Source: Rebecca billardiae RCC1528 (lineage: Eukaryota; Protista; Haptophyta). Taken from it: 64,000 nt of DNA. Numbering within the stretch: the first letter of the stretch is position 1; each line of letters opens with the position of its first letter. A program made the translations under genes and the position numbers. Below, one piece after another: positions 57,050 through 64,000 of this stretch. Location: positions 62,001-126,000 of the forward strand of contig OZ251240.1 of NCBI GenBank assembly GCA_965240325.2, read 5' to 3'. Below the pieces are notes generated by a model. It saw only the letters and a list, made by a program, of their open reading frames with translations. It was not told where the DNA came from and searched no databases.

Positions 57050-58825
57050 ATGGCGGCGTCAATGCTCGCTGCTGCGCTTCTCGTCGGCGCGCACAGCAAC
57101 ACCTCGAACACGACTGCTGTGCTCGCGTCAAACGCCGGCACGGGCGCACCTGGTTGCCCGGCGTGCATGACCAACGCGTCCACAAGCACCCTGGACGTGC
57201 CACTGCGCATCTGTGAGCCTGGCAATGCTCTGAGCTCGCGGGTGATCCTGCGCGCTCGCGCGTCGGACGGGTCCGCAACGGGCGCCGGCGGCGACGTCAT
57301 CACAGCGTGGCTCGACGATCGTGGCAGCGATCCCGAGCCAATCGCTGCCGGCGGCGCGGACTGGGTACACACACCGGCCTTCCAGTGGGCACTTGAGGTG
57401 CGCGACCGGTGCAACGGCGAGTACGTGATCGAGCTGCCGTGTGCTGACCTGCGCCATGAGCAGCTCCGGCGCGCAGCCTCGCCTCTGGACCCGCCGCGCT
57501 TCCGCTTGAGCGTTTACCTCAACCACGCCCTCAAGCGCCATGCCCGTCCAGCGCGCGAGTGGTGGTGCCCAGAGCGCGCGAGCAACTTCACGGGCTGGGA
57601 CAATGTCTCGGCGGGGGAGCTCCACCACTTTCTCTACAAGTGCCAGCCCCGCGCACTCCCGGCGGCGGGCACGCCGGTGGCGCTTCACCTGGACAAGGTT
57701 CGGCGGCCAGCGCCGAAGCCACGACACGCACGCTCAACGTGCGCAGTGCCACGCACGCTCAAGCGTGCGGACCAGCAGCCAGCGCTGCTCGAGCCGTGGC
57801 TGTGGCCGTGTGCAGGCGAGGGCAGACGAAGCTCCGACCAAGTGCTGGCGACGAACCTGATGCGCTTCGGCGGCCACTTCGCACACTGCGTCCACCCGGC
57901 AGGTCTACCCGAGTGCCCACCTTTCCGCTACGCGACAGAGCCGCCCGCCTGTCTCGCCGGGCAGCGCATCACTCTCATGGGCGACAGCGTGACGGACGGC
58001 ACGTTTGCAGATCTGGCTCACCTCTGGGCGCGGTGGAACACTCTGCCCGATGGGCGGCGTGTCAGCCGTGACATGCGGGATGATGCGCGGCTCTGCCACT
58101 ACGATGGCAAGAAGCACGTGCAGTTCACGCCGACGTACCGCATGCCCAAGGCGCTTCTCGTCAACCTGAGCTCGCCGTCCGGGCAGCAGCTCGAGCCCGT
58201 GCGCTTCGAGCGACTCGATGCTATGAATCCGATGTTCGTGGGGCTGGGAGCGTTCCTCGTCTATCACATTCACAAACTTGATGCGGCGCTGCGGAGCAGT
58301 GATGTGGTCATCATCGAGTCGATCAGGCACGACATGTCCGCGAACAAGCCATGGCGAATGGGCCGACCGGCTATCGGCGAATACAGACAGAAGCTGAAGC
58401 TGCTCGTCGAGCACCTCACAGCAGCGCGCGACACGCTGCGCCGCGACCTCGGGCGCGCGCCGCGTGTGCTCTGGCGGACTGCGATGGCACCGCCAGACCT
58501 GCCCGGCTGCGACTGCCAGTACCCTGGCAACTTGGAGCCATACACGACGCTCCTCAACACCATCGCGACGGAGGCCTTCTTGGCGGCAGGGATGGAGGTG
58601 CTCCCAGGGCACACATTGCGCAGGGCCTCGTCCCGCTGGGGCTGGTGGCCGATCGTGCGCAACGCTGACGACGGTCGTGTGCAGCGTCACCGCTCAATCG
58701 ACGTTCACACGCACGAGGGCTTTTGCCCCAAGTTCGTCGGTGAGGACCCAGCGAGGGTAGAAGGCTGGATCAGCAAGGTGAACACGCAGCTCCAATTTGC
58801 TGCGCTCTGCGCCGAAGCTGCGTGA
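57050..58825 (+). CDS. SGNH/PC-esterase-like (NXPE/TBL-like) secreted protein
   Basis: N-terminal hydrophobic segment, GGD...DRCNGEY Ig-like segment, CLAGQRITLMGDS, VLWRT and DVH motifs. Confidence 0.7.
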   Translation: MAASMLAAALLVGAHSNTSNTTAVLASNAGTGAPGCPACMTNASTSTLDVPLRICEPGNALSSRVILRARASDGSATGAGGDVITAWLDDRGSDPEPIAAGGADWVHTPAFQWALEVRDRCNGEYVIELPCADLRHEQLRRAASPLDPPRFRLSVYLNHALKRHARPAREWWCPERASNFTGWDNVSAGELHHFLYKCQPRALPAAGTPVALHLDKVRRPAPKPRHARSTCAVPRTLKRADQQPALLEPWLWPCAGEGRRSSDQVLATNLMRFGGHFAHCVHPAGLPECPPFRYATEPPACLAGQRITLMGDSVTDGTFADLAHLWARWNTLPDGRRVSRDMRDDARLCHYDGKKHVQFTPTYRMPKALLVNLSSPSGQQLEPVRFERLDAMNPMFVGLGAFLVYHIHKLDAALRSSDVVIIESIRHDMSANKPWRMGRPAIGEYRQKLKLLVEHLTAARDTLRRDLGRAPRVLWRTAMAPPDLPGCDCQYPGNLEPYTTLLNTIATEAFLAAGMEVLPGHTLRRASSRWGWWPIVRNADDGRVQRHRSIDVHTHEGFCPKFVGEDPARVEGWISKVNTQLQFAALCAEAA

Positions 58826-58980
58826 CGAGCCGCGGGCGTGGAGCTGCCAATGTCAGTCGTGAGTAGTAGCTCGATCCGTGCGGACTGTGGGCGCTCTGCG
58901 GTGCGGCGCGGACTCTTCGTCTACGCGATTCAGCAGCATGATGTCAGCAGCAGTTGTGACAGCAGGCGATGGCGCGGTCG

Positions 58981-58984
<4 letters not shown>

Positions 58985-59058
<74 letters not shown>

Positions 59059-59060
59059 AT
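58985..59060. repeat. (TA)n microsatellite
   Basis: TA run. Confidence 0.97.
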
Positions 59061-60021
59061 CGTCATGCATCTGATATATATAATATATATATTATATACA
59101 TATTATATTAGTCACTGCTCCGCCGTCCGCGCACTCGCACGGCGTACCTGCGGCCTACCACCCTAACCGAGTCCCGCACGCTCCGCTCGGCAACGCTGGG
59201 CGGTGCGCAGGCTCTCTTCCAGCTGATGCTCGGGTCAGCTCATTCCGAGTCTGCGCGCATATGCGACGAGAAGGCCCTCGGCCGCGCAAGTTGTTGCCTC
59301 TTTGATGTCGCCCAGACGCATGACGAGTGCACGCAGCAGCTCACCGAGCCATCTCGAACCAGTTCATTTCACCAGCATGCGCGCGCGCGCTCGGGCCGTC
59401 GCTGCACTGCTTCGGCTGTCTCAAAAGGGCTGCCTGAGCTGCGCAGAGCGGCGGCTGGCGCGCAGCCCCTGGTGGCGTTGTCCGCCCTGACCGACTAGTC
59501 GGCGCACGCGTGCTGCCGAATAACTATACTACTCGAACCCAACCAACGGCAAACGCGCGGCACAAATGAGGCGCGCCTGCAGGTCTGGATCGGCGTCACT
59601 GACTGACACTGATGGGGCCATTTGCGGAAGGCCGGCCGGTTTGGCAGTAGTGCCCGGCGCTCGCGCACGACCCCGAATAACGGAGGCCCGCGGGCCCCCG
59701 CCAAATCAGGGTCCGACGCACGGTTGATTGGGGGGCAGGGACCTCCGGGGGGCAGGGACCTGCGGCTCAGCAGCCTTCGAGTCCGCCGACTCGATCGAGC
59801 AGCTGGCTCCGCGAGCCTGCCCGAGCAGTAGCTAGCTGCTATATAGCAGTCAGCGAGCAGCAGTAGTAGTGATGAATATAATAATCTGATGGCAGCAGAC
59901 TACACTCTAGCAGTGACGTCCGACGCGTACTACGTAGTACGTACCATATATTCGCCGCCATATTAGGCTGATGCGCCTGACGTAGTTACTTATTTGCCGG
60001 CAGCCATCCAATATGTAGTTA

Positions 60022-60842
60022 CCTGGTGGATTTTCAGCCACCGGGATTCGGACATTTCGACTTAAGGCGAGACGGCGAGCACCGAACCGTTTCCCTTAAG
60101 AAGAGCTGTACCCACCTGGTCGCATTGCACTATTCACGCGGCGCCTTCTGGGGCTTCGGGTCATTTTTGAGACTAGGACTTCTGAGCGGCTGTGAATACT
60201 TTCGTAGGCCGCAAACGGCGCGGCTGGTATGGGTTTCCGACGGAATCTTACCTGTGAAGCGTGTTTCCAATAGTGTCCGCCACGCCGCCGCCGTGAAGAA
60301 GGTAAGGAGAACGGCGCGGCTCGTATTGGGTTTCCGACGGAATCTTACCTGTAAAGAGTGTTTCCAATCGTGTCCGCCACGCCGCCAATAGTGTCCGCCA
60401 CGCCGCCGCCGTGAAGAAGGTAAGCTCCTTACCTTCTTAACGGCGGCGGCGTGGCGGACACGGCGGACACTATTGGCGGCGTGGCGGACACGATTGGAAA
60501 CACTCTTTACAGGTAAGATTCCGTCGGAAACCCAATACGAGCCACGCCGTTCAGCTTATACCTTCTTCACTGCGGCGGCGTGGCGGACACTATTGGAAAC
60601 ACGCTTCACAGGTAAGATTCCGTCGGAAACCCATACCAGCCGCGCCGTTTGCGGCCTACGAAAGTATTCACAGCCGCTCAGAAGTCCTAGTCTCAAAAAT
60701 GACCCGAAGCCCCAGAAGGCGCCGCGTGAATTAGTGCAATGCGACCAGGTGGGTACAGCTCTTCTTAAGGGAAACGGTTCGGTGCTCGCCGTCTCGCCTT
60801 AAGTCGAAATGTCCGAATCCAGGTGGCTGAAAATCCACCAGG
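60022..60842. mobile_element. Foldback/palindromic element (~820 bp) with TA target duplication
   Basis: ta|cctggtggattttcagcca ... tggctgaaaatccaccagg|ta. Arms pair to a centre at about 60426. Internal tandem subrepeats. Confidence 0.88.
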
Positions 60843-60899
60843 TAGGGTCAGCAGAGCTCCGACGACCGTTACACTCGTCCCGAGTGATATGACACAATA

Positions 60900-61365
60900 G
60901 GCTCTGGCTCCGGTTGACCCCTGCCAGTCCGGTCATAGAAACCGGGCGTACCGAAAATGATCTTCGCATTCCTGCGGCCGAATGAACGCCCGAAGTGTCC
61001 CACAGGGCCCCAAGTAGGGTTGCTATGGATGGCCAATAAGTGCCCAGGGTGTGAAACCCAGTTTGTGACTACTTCAGACTCTATTTTTCATAGCTATTTA
61101 CCCAGTCCGGTGACACATTTCCAATAGCTACGGGTGCATCCGGATCACTCCCGGATCGTGTTCTGACCAGAGTCTGAAATGGGTAAATACATAGTAAAAA
61201 TAGAGTCTGAACTATAGAGGAAGTGCTTGTTGGCGCCCAATATCGCTCTGAAGTCATCATCTAGGCATCCATTGGATTGAGGTCCTCCTGTGCAGTTTTC
61301 ACGAGTGACTTCATGAAGGAGCTCACAGTGCCCGTCTCTGGCAGGGGTCAACCGAAGCCAGAGCC
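60900..61365. mobile_element. MITE with 28-bp TIRs and 4-bp TSD AATA
   Basis: ggctctggctccggttgacccctgccag / ctggcaggggtcaaccgaagccagagcc, with aata on both sides. The empty site is seen in the 14.8-kb copy (cacaata-tctccc). Confidence 0.88.
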
Positions 61366-61814
61366 AATAGTCTCCCGATAATTCGAAATCTCGCGAATAA
61401 TTAAATATGAAATATCTACTCCTCGTCGGTTTATAATAATAACTGTAGTTTATTGATGACGAGTCCGTTTATTATGCGACGATGCCGAGATCGCGTCGAG
61501 ATTGCGCATGTCCGATTGAGCAGCGCGCGGAGGTCATTTGCGTATATATATATATATGATATCTGCTCCATAGTACGACGTAGTATACGTATGTGACTCG
61601 CGCACGCGCGCGCATTTTTTCGCGTATAGTCGCAAAACGTGTATATATATGTATACCATCATTGCTTATTGTCAGCGTGACCCCAGTAGGGCATTATTTA
61701 TTCGTAGTTCAGGCGATATAAATAATATTATTGACGTACAGCATCCCGAAGTCTGAGAGCCTCATCTCAGGCTCTCAGCAAGACTGCTACGATATATATA
61801 CAGAATATTAAGTT

Positions 61815-61860
<46 letters not shown>

Positions 61861-61904
61861 TTGGCGCGGGCCACACACCCCACAGTGGGGCTCTGACCCC
61901 TCTA

Positions 61905-62693
61905 CAGGGGTCTCAACAATTAGCTGCGTATCTCTGTTTGTGCCACTGGACAGGCATGTGAGCACTTGATTGCCTGGCTAGATGTGGTCTAGCACACCCC
62001 ACTCCCTGGCCATTCTGACGAGTGGGTGGCTGCTTGGCCAGCTCTCCATGCTGGGCTGTGGTGCCATCCAGAGTGCGCATGTGCAGCAGCCCAGGTGGGT
62101 GCAGCGAGGGGTGCGGCAGGCAGCAGTGGGTGGTCAGCTTGAAAATCCATGCAGGCCAGCCACCAGCAGCTAGGCTGCAGAGCTCTTGGCTGCACCAGCC
62201 CCACTCCAGCCCCCTCAAGTCGGGTGGCTGGCCACCCTCGGGGTGTGTCAGCGGGTGCTGCTGCTGGCCTCCCAGTGCAGGGGAGCTGACCCAACTGGTC
62301 CTTGCGCAGGTGGGGGCGCGGGATTGGGCACTGTGCCACAGCAGCTGCATCCCATGAGCTCCCCCCCAGGTGGCATGCAGCCCTCCCTAGGGGGTACCAG
62401 ATCCACTGCCAAGCACAATTTAGGCCTGATCTGTGCGGGCACACGGCCCGCGACCAGTGACGACAAGCCTGCGGCAGGATCTGGCCCGAGCTGCGACAGG
62501 CTGTACGCCTGCAGCCGCGTGACCTGCTGGTGTGCCCAACTCCAGCCCACGCGCGCTGGCGGCTGGGGCTGACGCGCTGGGTCGAAACCGTCGTGCACGG
62601 GCAGTGGGGGCCGCCTGGATCAGCCCAGGGGGACAGGGTGAGCAGTGGCGTGCAGCTCAGTCAGAATGTGACGTTTAATTGTTGAGACCCCTG
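61905..62693. mobile_element. Tc1/mariner-type MITE with 18-bp perfect TIRs and TA TSD
   Basis: ta|caggggtctcaacaatta ... taattgttgagacccctg|ta. Confidence 0.9.
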
Positions 62694-62841
62694 TATTGCC
62701 CGATCCAAGTAGTACTGTACACGACTCGTCTCGGTCCGTCAGTCGTGGGGCCGCGCCCGGCGTGCGTAGTATACCGCCCGCGCGAGTCGAGACACGATGA
62801 TGAGTGCCAGTGGTATGCACAGCGCGCACGCGTTCCACCAG

Positions 62842-64000
62842 TCAGCGGTGACTCGTCTTGATCTGGCTGGCAGACGGTCCGAGCGCGGAGGCGGACGAGA
62901 GAGACGCGCCCGCCATCGCGCCGGACGAGCGCGTGGAGGCCAGGTGCCCGTGGAAGCGGTCCTGCTGCTCCACCTCTACGCCCCGCACGCGCGTCGCGTC
63001 GCGTGTGAGGACCCGTCGCGCGACGGTCGGCGTGCGGGGCGCAGCGCGGAGGCGGTGGCATCCGGAGGGCGTTACACTTGGCGCGCGTCAGCGGCGCAGG
63101 CGGCAGCAGCCGGGCGCGCGCACACGCACACGCGCGCTGGTCGTGCGGCGGGCGCCCGCGAGCGCGCACCGTCGGCCATCTCGTTGGCCACGTTGCGCAG
63201 CCGCAGCGCCAGCTCGCGGTTCGGGCTGAGGCGGCCGCTGGGGTCGGTCGTCATGCCTGCGCATCCGCGGCGCGCGGGCAGCACCGCACGCGCCGTCAGT
63301 CGGTGGTGGCGCGCATGCGCCGGGGCGGGCGCGCGCGGCGGCTGCGGCCGTGGCGCGTACCCGCGCGCTGCTGGTGCGCTGCCACGCGCGACGCCGCCCC
63401 CGGCGAGGCCGGCGGCGGGCGCAGCGACGAGTGCACCGAGGGCGCGGCCGACGTACGCGGCGGCGACAGGTGCCGCGAGCGCGCGTCGGCCACGCCCACG
63501 GTGCCCAGGCCGTGCCGCCGCGCGCCCGCGCTGCCGCCGCGCGCGCGCGCGCGGCGCTGGATCGCGCGCGCCGCGTCGTCGCGCGCGAGCCCCGGCGCGT
63601 GCTCCGCGCCCCTCTGCTGCGCGCGCTGCTGCTCGAGGTGCAGCTCGACGTACTCGGCCCAGCTGATCCGCCCGCTGCCGTCGCGGTCGGCGCGCGCGAA
63701 CGCGGCGTCGACCGCGCTCTGCGGCACGGCGGCGCCCGAAGCGCGCAGGCACGCGCCCAGCTCCTGCTTGGAGATGGCGCCCGAGCAGTTGGTGTCGTAC
63801 GCCTCAAACGTGCCGCGCAGCTCGCGCAGCCTGTGCGCGGGCAGGCCCGGCTGCGCGCGCGCGCGCGGCACCGCCGGCGGCGCGCCGTACCGCCTCGGCG
63901 CGCCGCCGCGCGGCGTGCCCGCGGGCGTGGCGCGCGCCGAGGCGGAGCTGCGCGGCGTGGGCGGCGCGCTCGGCCCGCGGCTGCGCTTGGCGCGCACGCG
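62842..64000 (-). CDS. EF-hand (2) + IQ-motif protein, 5'-partial; introns about 63257-63360 and 62976-63169
   Basis: YDTNCSGAISKQEL, ADRDGSGRISWAEY and AARAIQRRARAR. In-phase GT-AG junctions. Confidence 0.75.

Larger units (their letters stand above)
60016..61904. mobile_element. Degenerate M1 MITE (relative of 14802-15250) hosting nested insertions
   Basis: Shared blocks gagctccgac..cgttacactc, gatgccgagatcgcgtcgagattg, gtcagcgtgaccc, gagagcctcatctca and gtggggctctgacccctcta. Confidence 0.8.

Overview
Very GC-rich eukaryotic nuclear DNA with short spliceosomal introns (including one probable GC-AG intron), (TA)n microsatellites and TTAGGG-like seeds. It looks like a haptophyte alga, possibly Pavlovales (inference only). 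About 17 host or passenger genes are supportable: PLAC8, GT8- and GT77-like glycosyltransferases, a GH18 fusion, a Cu-only-type SOD, a truncated Miro-like gene, a cis-prenyltransferase, F-box/RCC1, a TM-TIR-like gene, a NEK kinase, RPB6, RabGGTase alpha, an SGNH/NXPE-like gene, an EF-hand/IQ gene and unknowns. Mobile DNA dominates. (1) An autonomous Helentron/Helitron2-type Rep-helicase runs in from the left edge. (2) Two non-coding families, A (2 copies) and B (3 copies), have an asymmetric terminal inverted repeat plus a 3' hairpin. B is tied to (TA)n tracts and its hairpin shows compensatory changes. (3) A full-length, young Ngaro/PAT-like tyrosine-recombinase retrotransposon with split direct repeats (A1-ORFs-B1-A2-B2) sits exactly at the (TA)n/family-B junction, at a site resembling its own internal junction. 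(4) A nest of four TIR MITEs lies at 60-62.7 kb. There are also several short templated duplications of nearby DNA and a pervasive 2-6 bp micro-duplication signature. No rRNA, tRNA or CRISPR was recognised. All calls come from motif recognition by eye; no searches were run.
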